Below, in pieces: positions 30,116 through 38,647 of a DNA stretch of 64,000 nucleotides. Positions within the stretch are counted from its first letter, which is position 1; each line of letters begins with the position of its first letter. Origin of the DNA: Myxococcota bacterium. Lineage in GTDB: Bacteria; Myxococcota_A; SURF-8. The notes beneath the pieces are model-generated. The model searched no databases. It was not told where the DNA came from and worked only from the letters and a program-made list of their open reading frames with translations. The position numbers and the translations under genes were made by a program. The stretch covers positions 1,696,001-1,760,000 of the forward strand of contig OZ223209.1 in the NCBI GenBank assembly GCA_965140415.1, given 5' to 3'.

Positions 30116-30350
30116 CCCCTTGCCGCCCGCCGCCCGTTATACTGGCGAGCGACAACAGAAACTATGCCCGCCTCCCGCCCGGCTGGCACGATTTTTGACT
30201 TTCTGGCGCCGCATTTGCGATCCGAAACTGGAATGGACGAAGGCAAATGCTGTGCCAGCTGCAAAAATGCGTGCCAGCCGGGCGGGAGGCTCCGGTGCGG
30301 GATCGGGAGATGGCGTTGCCGGGTGGGGGAGGCGGCGGAGCGGCAAGGGG
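30116..30350. repeat. Long nested imperfect palindrome (~235 bp)
   Basis: Three nested inverted repeats: 30116-30134/30331-30350, 30170-30197/30262-30290 (21 bp perfect core), 30203-30218/30243-30258. Confidence 0.92.
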
Positions 30351-30431
30351 AACACGTATATGTGTGCTTGTTGTGTGAATGTTCTATCCTTTTCGGGCAG
30401 GTGACGAGGTTGTCATGAAATATGAGGTGCG

Positions 30432-31778
30432 ATGGTGCTGTGGAATTTAGGTTTGCTATTACTGCTGGCAATGCTGATCGTCCATATGCTGGTAGGATGG
30501 AAGTTGGGGCGTGCAACGCATGATCTGCCGCGCTATGTCTTGACGGACGGCAAGGTGTCGGCTTTTGGCGTGGCGTCGTCGTTATTGGCGACGATATTGG
30601 GGGCCAGCGCCGTGATCGGCGTCTGTGGACTGGCCATGACGCATGGCTGGACGGCGCTCATCTGGCTAGGCGCCGGAGTGTTCGGATTACTGGCCTTGTC
30701 TTTTCTGATCGACAGAGTCGATTTGAAGTCCGCTTTGTCGCTTCCACAGGTATTGGACAAGCAGGGAGGGCGCAGTATGCGCCTCATCAGCGCCTGGGTG
30801 ATCCTTCCTGCCTGGATCGGGATCATTGCCGCGCAGTTTGCCGCTTTTGGCCGCTTGACGGAGGCATTGCAGCCGGGATCGTTTTACATCATGACGGCGG
30901 TGATGGCGTTGGCTGTGATCGGCTATGTGGGATTTGCCGGGCAGCAGGGGGTGATTCGCACCGATCGCGTGCAGATCGGCATGATTCTACTACTGCTGCT
31001 TGCATTGGCTTTTACGTTGTTATGGTCGCCGCCTCAACCGTTGTTTCAACCCTCATTACAAAAACCGCTTCAACCGCTAAGTCCCGTGCGCTTGCTTGAT
31101 ATCGGTTTGGCAGTCGCCTTTCCCTTTCTGATAGGACCGGACATCTTTTCGAGAATGCTGACCCTGCGCTCGGCAAGGCAACGCGGACAGAGCCTGCGTT
31201 ATACCGCCTTGGGACTGGCAATATCGGCCTGTCTGATTGTCGGAATAGGTGTGGCTGCCAGAGAGTGGATCTCAGCAGAAGAGGCGGAACAGGTGTTGAT
31301 TCACTTGCCGGAGTTGTTGTGGGGATCATGGGGCGGCATTGTGGCGGCTTTGGCTTTGGCGGCGGTGATTCTCAGCTCGGCGGATACCTGCCTGCTCAGT
31401 GCGGCAACGATCTTGACGGTGGATGTTTTTGGTAAGGAGTCGCTGCGGACAACACGCATCGGTGTCGTGTCGCTTGGAATCGCTTCCCTGTTTATTGCCT
31501 GGTGGCTGGGAGGCGTGATTAAAACGCTGTTACTGGCCTATACGATTTATACGTCCGGACTGGCTGTTCCGGCCATTGCTGCCTTGTTCCTGCATCGTCC
31601 CTTGCCGAAATACACGTTGATGCTGACGATTTCTGCCGGTGCGGCGACCGGGATTTACTTGCGGTTAACAGAGCAGCCTTTCGGTCTGCCACTGGCGCTT
31701 GGGGTGTCTACCCTTATTGCCGTGTTTGGAAGTTACCTGGAAAAGAAAAACGCCCCGGCCAGCGGCGCGGGGCGTTAG
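30432..31778 (+). CDS. Sodium:solute symporter family protein
   Basis: About 13 TM segments; SLLATILGAS, GQQGVIRTDRVQ, GPDIFSR, AVILSSADTCLLSAA. Confidence 0.88.
   Translation: MVLWNLGLLLLLAMLIVHMLVGWKLGRATHDLPRYVLTDGKVSAFGVASSLLATILGASAVIGVCGLAMTHGWTALIWLGAGVFGLLALSFLIDRVDLKSALSLPQVLDKQGGRSMRLISAWVILPAWIGIIAAQFAAFGRLTEALQPGSFYIMTAVMALAVIGYVGFAGQQGVIRTDRVQIGMILLLLLALAFTLLWSPPQPLFQPSLQKPLQPLSPVRLLDIGLAVAFPFLIGPDIFSRMLTLRSARQRGQSLRYTALGLAISACLIVGIGVAAREWISAEEAEQVLIHLPELLWGSWGGIVAALALAAVILSSADTCLLSAATILTVDVFGKESLRTTRIGVVSLGIASLFIAWWLGGVIKTLLLAYTIYTSGLAVPAIAALFLHRPLPKYTLMLTISAGAATGIYLRLTEQPFGLPLALGVSTLIAVFGSYLEKKNAPASGAGR
31741..31776 (-). terminator. Intrinsic terminator for the minus-strand Cys-rich gene
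   Basis: AACGCCCCG/CGGGGCGTT stem preceded by an A-run on + (U-run on -); overlaps the symporter 3' end. Confidence 0.65.
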
Positions 31779-31803
31779 ATAGAGACTGTATGGGGGTAGG
31801 GCG

Positions 31804-33375
31804 TCAGGGTTGACAGGTATACATGTCGCCGGCTCCGATTTTACAGGTTGTTCCCGCACAGCAGAACATGTCTCCATAACTGGCCGCGCAACTGACTCCT
31901 TCGGGAATGCACTGAATCGGGCAGGTGGCGGTGGGAACGCATTGTGCTTGCAGCATATGGCAGATCATACAGGGATCGGCACAGGCGGTCAGCGGATCGC
32001 AGCCTTCCTGGGGCATGGGCTGGCAACTATAGCCGGTTAACGCGCCGCAGGTGTAACCCCATTGACAGCCGCCGCTGGGACATTCCGGGCGACAGTCGCC
32101 GGTGGTCATGTCGCAGACCAGGTCGCCTTCGCACCAGGCATCGGGTGCCACCTGCTCGCGACAGTCCTCTTTTTCGATGCAGCAAGGTGACGATGGCGAG
32201 CAGCTCGGGTCTTCGGTGCAGACTTCCATCGGAGCGCAAGGCGGTTCACAGCAGGGACCGCAGGTGCCGCTGTTGCAGCATTCGCCATCGGAACAGGCTG
32301 GGGTGCAGAAGGTTTCACAGTACCCCGTGGTGCCGTTACACAACCCCGTGGAGCAGCCGTTGATTCGGCAGCCGTCCTGGCAGTAGCCGGATAAACAGGT
32401 CAACGGTTGGGTACAATCTTCGTATGTATCGCACAGAATCTTTTCTTCGCATTTGCTGTCTTTGCAAACATAGCCTTCCGGACAGAGAATGCGATCCGAG
32501 CAGCGAGCGCAGCCGCCGACGCCGGAATCGCCATCGAAAATGCAGACTTTTCCGTCGCTACAGGTGTTTTCCTCACTTTGCGGATTGCAGACCGTACCGC
32601 AGTGGTCGTTTAGAATGCAGATCAGATCTCGTTGGCAAAGTTGGCTACCGTAGCAGAATTGACCGTCTTCCCTGCCGCTGCCAGTAGGTGCAACGCAAAT
32701 GCCGATACCCTTGCTGGAGTTGTCGCCTTCGTCGATGACGTGACAGATATTACCGTCCTGGCACTCCGGGTTAAAGGGATCGCATTCCGGGGCGCATTTG
32801 GAGTTGTAGGGATCGCAATGCTGGTTTGGCAGGCAGTTCCGGTCGTCTTCGCAGCGACCCGTTGGAATCACCGATCCCTGATCTTCGTCTTCATCGCCGC
32901 CACTATCGCCATCCGGGGTGACGTTGTCGCCGTCCGGCTCTTCAATTCCGCAGCGATTGTTAAACCAGGTCCGATCGGCCACTGGGACGCAGTTCCCGGC
33001 GATATCCGGCATGTTGGGGCATTCCAGGCAGTAATGATCATCCGGGCAGCCTTCGCCTGTCGTGCAGTCTCCGGCGCAAGCACCGTCTGTCTGACCGCCT
33101 TTGACAAGGCAAAGCCCGTCACACGTGGTATTGGATACCGGATAAATGCAGACGTATTGCCCGTCGGCACAGGTGCCGGTGCAGGAATTTCCGGTGCGAT
33201 TGGTGTCGGTATTCTGGTCGCCATCTACCGGCTGGTAGGGTCGATCCGGTGGAATGTACTGCGGGATGTCCGGATCGCCGCCATTGCCGTCGTCTTCCGA
33301 ATTACAGGCCGCCAGTAACAGCAGACTTACACACAACCATAAAAGCAGAAAGCGGTTTTTTCGAATGTGGGACAT
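31804..33375 (-). CDS. Cys-rich lipoprotein with DGD linkers
   Basis: Lipobox LAAC; dense small disulfide modules; PDGD/VDGD linkers; paralogous to 33676-35691. Confidence 0.85.
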   Translation of the reverse strand: MSHIRKNRFLLLWLCVSLLLLAACNSEDDGNGGDPDIPQYIPPDRPYQPVDGDQNTDTNRTGNSCTGTCADGQYVCIYPVSNTTCDGLCLVKGGQTDGACAGDCTTGEGCPDDHYCLECPNMPDIAGNCVPVADRTWFNNRCGIEEPDGDNVTPDGDSGGDEDEDQGSVIPTGRCEDDRNCLPNQHCDPYNSKCAPECDPFNPECQDGNICHVIDEGDNSSKGIGICVAPTGSGREDGQFCYGSQLCQRDLICILNDHCGTVCNPQSEENTCSDGKVCIFDGDSGVGGCARCSDRILCPEGYVCKDSKCEEKILCDTYEDCTQPLTCLSGYCQDGCRINGCSTGLCNGTTGYCETFCTPACSDGECCNSGTCGPCCEPPCAPMEVCTEDPSCSPSSPCCIEKEDCREQVAPDAWCEGDLVCDMTTGDCRPECPSGGCQWGYTCGALTGYSCQPMPQEGCDPLTACADPCMICHMLQAQCVPTATCPIQCIPEGVSCAASYGDMFCCAGTTCKIGAGDMYTCQP

Positions 33376-33675
33376 GATACGACTCTTTCTTTTCTTCTAG
33401 TGGGAGCGAAAGCTCCTCGAACCGAGTGAAGCCGGTTGTACGATAACGAAAAACGCACGAGCGGTCACATTTCACTCATCTGATATCCAGTATGACTCGG
33501 AATCGATCTCGGGGTCAAGCGCCAATTCGCAAGACGAAGTCGGCACAAGAGCGACAGTCGAGAATCGATTTGCTACATAATGAAGTTCCTTGCTGCTCCT
33601 TGTTGCTCCAAGCTGTTTGTCAGAACTCGCGGTTGCTTCTCGGAACACATTTTTATTGAAGACTACGTTCAATTG

Positions 33676-35691
33676 CTACTTTGCGCAGGCTTCCTTGGTA
33701 AAGCGCGATTCACACAACGTGCTGCCGTTTTTACATTTGGTCACGAAATTCCCGGCTTCATTGTCCCAGTAAAGATGGCAGCCTTCATAGCCGGTTTCGT
33801 CGTAGCTTAAAATCGACTGCGAGTCGCAGGAACCGAATTCCGCAATCCATAGGCCGCTGGCGCTGGTGCCTTCAAAGGCGCGGAACCAGCAGGCGGCGAT
33901 GCTGCTGGCGCGGCTGACGGTCACTGCTGCCTGACGCTCGGGGCAACTTGCCTGCTCGGAATCGCGGCACCAGGAACCGACCAGTGCATCGCATTCCGGG
34001 CAGTCGTATTCGCTTGGAGTCGTGCTGTCGTCGATGCCGGGCAGACTGCATCCGACGCCCTGCACACAGTATTCCGGCGGGCAGCAGACGGTTTTGCCTG
34101 CCTGTGCCATGCAACAGCCCGAATTGCCGCAGCAGGAGAGGTATTGCCCTCCAAGGCGCGAACAGGAAACGCCGTCGGGAATGCAACTGATGCCGCACAG
34201 ATTGGTGGCCACACACTGATTGGTGTCGCCGAACGCGCAACGTTGGCAGTTGTTGTCGCAGACATCGCCGAAAATGTCCGGTTCGTCGCAGTATTCCGGG
34301 CTTTCCGGTTTGCAGCGGAATTTCGTCGAGGCGTCGCATTTCCAACCCCAGGGACAATCTTCCAGGCATAATCCCAAACAGACGCCCGAAGACGGGTCAC
34401 AGGGCTTGTTGCGACAGAAGCCTTCCGGCTTCAAGCGACAATCGACCCGGTCATCGCAGCAGTAAAAATCATCCTGGCAGGAAGGCGTGTAGCGGCAGGT
34501 TTCATCCAGACCGCAGCCCTGGCAACAGGGACCGCAGGTGTCGTGATCGCAGCATTCGCCTTGCGGACAGGAAACCGCGCAGATGTCCTCGTAGCAGAAT
34601 TCGCTGTTATCGTCGCAGGTTCCGCGCTCACAGCCGGTTTGGCTGCAACCCGGTCCGCAATGGCCGTGGAAACAGGCTTCATCGTTTTCGCAATCGGCGC
34701 TATTGGTGCAGACCGCGCCCAGAGAACAATATCCATCGAGGCATTGCAGGCCGCTGTCGCAGGGATTGACCGAGTCGCTGCAAAACGTGCAGGTGGAAAC
34801 TCCACTGTTTTCGTAGGATTGACAACGTAACCCGTCGGTGCAGGCGGTTTCATTGTTGGGATTACAGGGAATCTCGCAACGAGATGCCTTGCCACAGATC
34901 AGGTTTGCCTGGCAGGGGCGGCTGGCGTGACAGACTTCGCCTTCGCCGTAAGCATTAGCGATGGGATCGACGCACATGCCTTTTTTTGAACCGCTGGAGA
35001 GTGCGGTGTTTAAAATCACTTTACAGAGTTGATCGTCGGGACAGGTTGGGATAATGGGGTCGCATTCGGGAACGCAGAGATTGATTTCGAGATTGCAATG
35101 CTGGCCAAGCGGGCAGTTCTGCTCGCTGGCGCACCAGCCTTCGCCGCGTTCGATGTCTTCAATGTCGCCATCTATAGGGGGCATCTCGTCCGGGTCACCG
35201 TCTACGGGAAGATCTATGTCTGCCGGGGGTTGATCGCCATCGACGACTGGCGGTGTGCCTGGATCGCATAGGAAATCTTCATTTCCACCGTTGCGTTTGC
35301 AGGAGGTGAAACCCGCGCAATCCTCATCTTCCAGTTGACCGCAGGCGATCAGCGCGGAGTAGGTTTGCTTGATATTGATGTTGGAGCACATTTCCAAGCA
35401 TTCCGCATATTCGCGGCCATCGATGGCGGTGCAGGTGTTTAGCAGGTTACAGTATTGATCGCAGATGGGTTTGCAGGCTCCGGCAGAGACCGGCGCTTCA
35501 TCGCCGTCCGTGCTGGTCTGGTTGTCTCCGTCCGTGCTTGGATTGTTCGGGGTGTTGCCGTCTCCGGGGGTATATACCGGAATATCGTCTTCGGTTTCTG
35601 ATCCCGAGCTACAGGCGCAAATTTGCAAAACGCAAAAAACAAACAGCAGAAACATCGCCGGGAGTGCGAGTGAGTTCACACGGTGTTTCAT
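33676..35691 (-). CDS. Cys-rich lipoprotein with DGD linkers
   Basis: Lipobox-like ICAC; TDGD/VDGD/IDGD linkers; Cys core colinear with the adjacent gene. Confidence 0.85.
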   Translation of the reverse strand: MKHRVNSLALPAMFLLFVFCVLQICACSSGSETEDDIPVYTPGDGNTPNNPSTDGDNQTSTDGDEAPVSAGACKPICDQYCNLLNTCTAIDGREYAECLEMCSNINIKQTYSALIACGQLEDEDCAGFTSCKRNGGNEDFLCDPGTPPVVDGDQPPADIDLPVDGDPDEMPPIDGDIEDIERGEGWCASEQNCPLGQHCNLEINLCVPECDPIIPTCPDDQLCKVILNTALSSGSKKGMCVDPIANAYGEGEVCHASRPCQANLICGKASRCEIPCNPNNETACTDGLRCQSYENSGVSTCTFCSDSVNPCDSGLQCLDGYCSLGAVCTNSADCENDEACFHGHCGPGCSQTGCERGTCDDNSEFCYEDICAVSCPQGECCDHDTCGPCCQGCGLDETCRYTPSCQDDFYCCDDRVDCRLKPEGFCRNKPCDPSSGVCLGLCLEDCPWGWKCDASTKFRCKPESPEYCDEPDIFGDVCDNNCQRCAFGDTNQCVATNLCGISCIPDGVSCSRLGGQYLSCCGNSGCCMAQAGKTVCCPPEYCVQGVGCSLPGIDDSTTPSEYDCPECDALVGSWCRDSEQASCPERQAAVTVSRASSIAACWFRAFEGTSASGLWIAEFGSCDSQSILSYDETGYEGCHLYWDNEAGNFVTKCKNGSTLCESRFTKEACAK

Positions 35692-35921
35692 CGTTTCTAT
35701 TTCCTTTTCGTTTATTTATTGTCAACACCGAGCCCGTCGATCCCTGCATAGACGCTGACGTCGATGTCATCCGACTATATAGTTTATAGGGAAAAAAATG
35801 TCTACCAGTTTTCGGGGATATATCAATTTTACTGGCGTTTTACGGAAAAAACATCAGGTTGGATCGATTCCAAATATGCATGTTTTCAATGCATAAAATG
35901 GAAGAAATTCGTTTCTTTCGC

Positions 35922-35949
35922 TTGACAACTCGTTTCCTACTAATACAAT
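35922..35949 (+). promoter_or_regulatory. Near-consensus sigma70 promoter
   Basis: TTGACA-16 bp-TACAAT upstream of 36096. Confidence 0.6.
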
Positions 35950-36095
35950 CGCTTACCAACAGGGGTTTGTACCCTCAATGATGACAAAGCAGTAATTAAA
36001 CATACCACAGGGTTTTCAGTTAGCCGAGGCGTTTTGCTTGCGTCGATCGGTGTGAGTGGGTTTGTGGATCAGCAAAAAAACGGGAGAGAGAGAAA

Positions 36096-37421
36096 ATGAA
36101 AAAGCAATGGTTTGTGGTCTTGGGTGTTCTAGTGGGCATGTTTGCCCTGACCAATTGTGACACGACGCCTGAAGATGGCGAAGGCAATTGGGCGAAGTGG
36201 CCGCTCGGTCTGAAAGTAGTCGGCGAACGCTTGGAAACGGTTACGACGACCTGGTACAAGCAGGTAAAGGGAAGTAGCGCTGTCGAGCAGAAGGGGACGA
36301 TCGAAGCCGGAATGTATGCCGGTCAGTCTTCCGGTACGAGAGAAATCGTTGAAGAAGGATCTCGCTGGTTGGACTGGGAGATCATCGGTAAAATCGATAC
36401 GCGCGAATTCATTCCCGGTCTGGACAACATCGAGCAGGTTCCGGTGCATGTCGCCGAGTTGGTTGAAGTGTTTACCGGCAAGGTTTTTTCGCAGGAAACT
36501 TTCAATCAGGAGCAGGCGCAGAATGTGCTGTTCCAGTATCGCACGGAAGCAACCGACTATCTGGATCGCGAAACCACAGCTTCTCATTTCGGTCTGGCTG
36601 GCGACTACTATGTCGTGACGATCGGCGATCTGAGCTCGGTTTACGGCGAACTAAAGGACAGCGATACCAAGAGCACCAATTATGCGCATCTGCTGACCAA
36701 AAAAGATCCGGAAGTCGGTGATTTCTGGGTTTCCGAAAGCGGCAACGCCACCTATCGCGTGGTTGCTTCCGAAGAAATGAAAGTGGACAAGAAACGCGGC
36801 ATGGCTTATGAAGTCGAAGTTCGCGAAACCAGCAACGCCACCAACGACATCGCTGGACTGTGCTTGAAGGAATACGCGGACCGCGACACCCAGGGCGCGA
36901 CGGCTGGTACCCCGCCGGTTGGTTTCAACTATGACAACCAGTATCCGATCATGCACCTGGACCCCGGTTGCGAAGGCAGCTTCGTGCATCGCAAAGTGGG
37001 TACGGAATGGTGGATGGAAAACGTTCTGGTCAAAGAAGAAGCCACCTACTACGAAGTGCAGATCAACGACTACGGTTATGAGTGGATCGTGGCCAATGGC
37101 AATGTCTGGCAGCGTGTCACGGCTCGTCAGATGACCCCGGACGTTCCGCTGGATGCCAACAAGTTCGTGGAATACACCATGAGCGTACGTGAGGTTTCCT
37201 ACGAAGCCGATACCTGGGAAGAGCCGGAAGACTACGAAGGCCCCGAGGGCGATTTCCCGACCAATCCCGAAGATTACCTGGATGATGGCTCGGTCCCGGC
37301 TCCGAGTTGGACCTATCCCAATGGTGTTCCGGACGGTGATGAGCCGGTCGTAGACGGCGACACCGCCGTGGACGGCGACACTGCCGTGGATGGTGATGAT
37401 GACATGATCATGGATTTCTAA
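36096..37421 (+). CDS. Hypothetical lipoprotein with acidic C-terminal VDGDTA repeats
   Basis: Lipobox LTNC; beta-rich body; C-terminus VVDGDTAVDGDTAVDGDDD; own promoter and terminator. Confidence 0.8.
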   Translation: MKKQWFVVLGVLVGMFALTNCDTTPEDGEGNWAKWPLGLKVVGERLETVTTTWYKQVKGSSAVEQKGTIEAGMYAGQSSGTREIVEEGSRWLDWEIIGKIDTREFIPGLDNIEQVPVHVAELVEVFTGKVFSQETFNQEQAQNVLFQYRTEATDYLDRETTASHFGLAGDYYVVTIGDLSSVYGELKDSDTKSTNYAHLLTKKDPEVGDFWVSESGNATYRVVASEEMKVDKKRGMAYEVEVRETSNATNDIAGLCLKEYADRDTQGATAGTPPVGFNYDNQYPIMHLDPGCEGSFVHRKVGTEWWMENVLVKEEATYYEVQINDYGYEWIVANGNVWQRVTARQMTPDVPLDANKFVEYTMSVREVSYEADTWEEPEDYEGPEGDFPTNPEDYLDDGSVPAPSWTYPNGVPDGDEPVVDGDTAVDGDTAVDGDDDMIMDF

Positions 37422-37448
37422 TTGCGATAGATTCGCAGTGTGAATGAC

Positions 37449-37481
37449 AAACGGGGAGATCTTTGGATCTCCCCGTTTTTT
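37449..37481 (+). terminator. Intrinsic terminator
   Basis: AAACGGGGAGATC-TTTG-GATCTCCCCGTTT followed by further T. Confidence 0.9.
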
Positions 37482-37614
37482 CATATCCATAAGACATTCG
37501 GTTCTTGGTTTTGTTACAAAAGAGATGTGAAAACTGCATGATCTGCAAAAAGTATGAAGCACTTTGAGATTGAATCCTCACATACTGGTCATTATTTGAA
37601 TTTAGCGATGTTCA

Positions 37615-37691
37615 TGTCATTACCTGCGAAGGCAGGTAATCCAGGTTCTTAAATAAAATCAATGAATTGTCTGTCTGCACGGACAATGACA
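37615..37691. repeat. Degenerate REP/MITE-like palindromic element
   Basis: TGTCATTACCTGCGAAGGCAGGTAATCCAG ... TTGTCTGTCTGCACGGACAATGACA; two hairpins, TGTCAT/ATGACA termini. Confidence 0.65.
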
Positions 37692-37735
37692 TCGTGGTTG
37701 GTATCGGCAAAATTATTTTTGCACTGCCATAAACG

Positions 37736-37764
37736 AAAAAAGCGGGCAAGTGTTTTGCCCGCTT
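37736..37764 (-). terminator. Intrinsic terminator of the cyclophilin gene
   Basis: AAGCGGGCAA/TTGCCCGCTT stem with A-run on its left. Confidence 0.8.
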
Positions 37765-37790
37765 CGTCGAATTTTTGTTGCGGAGTTGTT

Positions 37791-38432
37791 CTATCTTTTA
37801 ACGATGCGCACCTTTTTCAGTACGACATCTTCTTTGGGTTTGTCGCGAGAGTCGCGTGGGACATTGGCGATCTTATGGACGATCTCCATTCCCTTGACGA
37901 CTTCACCGAAAATCGTGTGTCGATTGTTCAGATGCGGAGTCGGTATTTCCGTAATGAAAAACTGGCTGCCATTGGTATTGGGACCGGCGTTGGCCATTGC
38001 CAATAGTCCTGGACGATCGAAGAGCAGGCCCGCTTCGAATTCGTCTTCAAAGCGATAACCGGGACCGCCGGTGCCGTTGCCTTTCGGATCGCCTCCCTGA
38101 ATCATGAAGCCGGGGATTACACGGTGGAAAATGGTGCCATCGTACAAAGGCTTGTACTGTTTCTGCAAGGATTTCGGATCGACCCATTCCTGATCGCCTG
38201 TCGCCAGACCGATGAAGTTCTTGACGGTTTTCGGCGCTTTATCCGCGAATAGTTTGACTTCGATTTTTCCAAGGCTGGTTTCCAGAATGGCATGTGTTTC
38301 TTTTTTCACGTCCGCCGCTCCGCCTTTGCCTTTTGCATCGCTGGAGGCGCCGTTCGATGTGGACTTGTTGGAACAGGATGCCAAGGCGAAGGAAAGAATA
38401 AGGATTGTGATGACTAACACGATTTTCTTCAT
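37791..38432 (-). CDS. Cyclophilin-type peptidyl-prolyl isomerase, lipoprotein
   Basis: Lipobox [47 protein letters not shown] 38432 after AGGAGG. Confidence 0.95.
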   Translation of the reverse strand: MKKIVLVITILILSFALASCSNKSTSNGASSDAKGKGGAADVKKETHAILETSLGKIEVKLFADKAPKTVKNFIGLATGDQEWVDPKSLQKQYKPLYDGTIFHRVIPGFMIQGGDPKGNGTGGPGYRFEDEFEAGLLFDRPGLLAMANAGPNTNGSQFFITEIPTPHLNNRHTIFGEVVKGMEIVHKIANVPRDSRDKPKEDVVLKKVRIVKR

Positions 38433-38647
38433 ATGTCCTCCTACATCCAAGCAGGTTTAGCGATTACCGCCAGATTGTTTCCTGGTAGATAACCAATGTC
38501 GTGCGAATTTTATTCGCCGCGAAATATTTTTGCTGGGGTGGTGTTACCCCGAAGGATCATGACCGATCCGGAAGTGTTTTTTTCTGCCGCACCGCCATCA
38601 CCTTTACTTGATGATTATGGCGGTCATTGCGTGAGAATTCAAGAAAA

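Noticed and set aside
30350-30431. TPP or other riboswitch upstream of the symporter
   Set aside because: No CTGAGA/ACCTG core or other recognisable aptamer.
29902-30516. Several overlapping short ORFs, one with a faint four-helix-bundle-like segment (DARELGCISKAEYESL)
   Set aside because: Mostly produced by the GC-rich palindrome; no RBS or convincing motif.
33472-33672. 66 aa ORF between the Cys-rich paralogs
   Set aside because: TTG start, no clear RBS, no motif.
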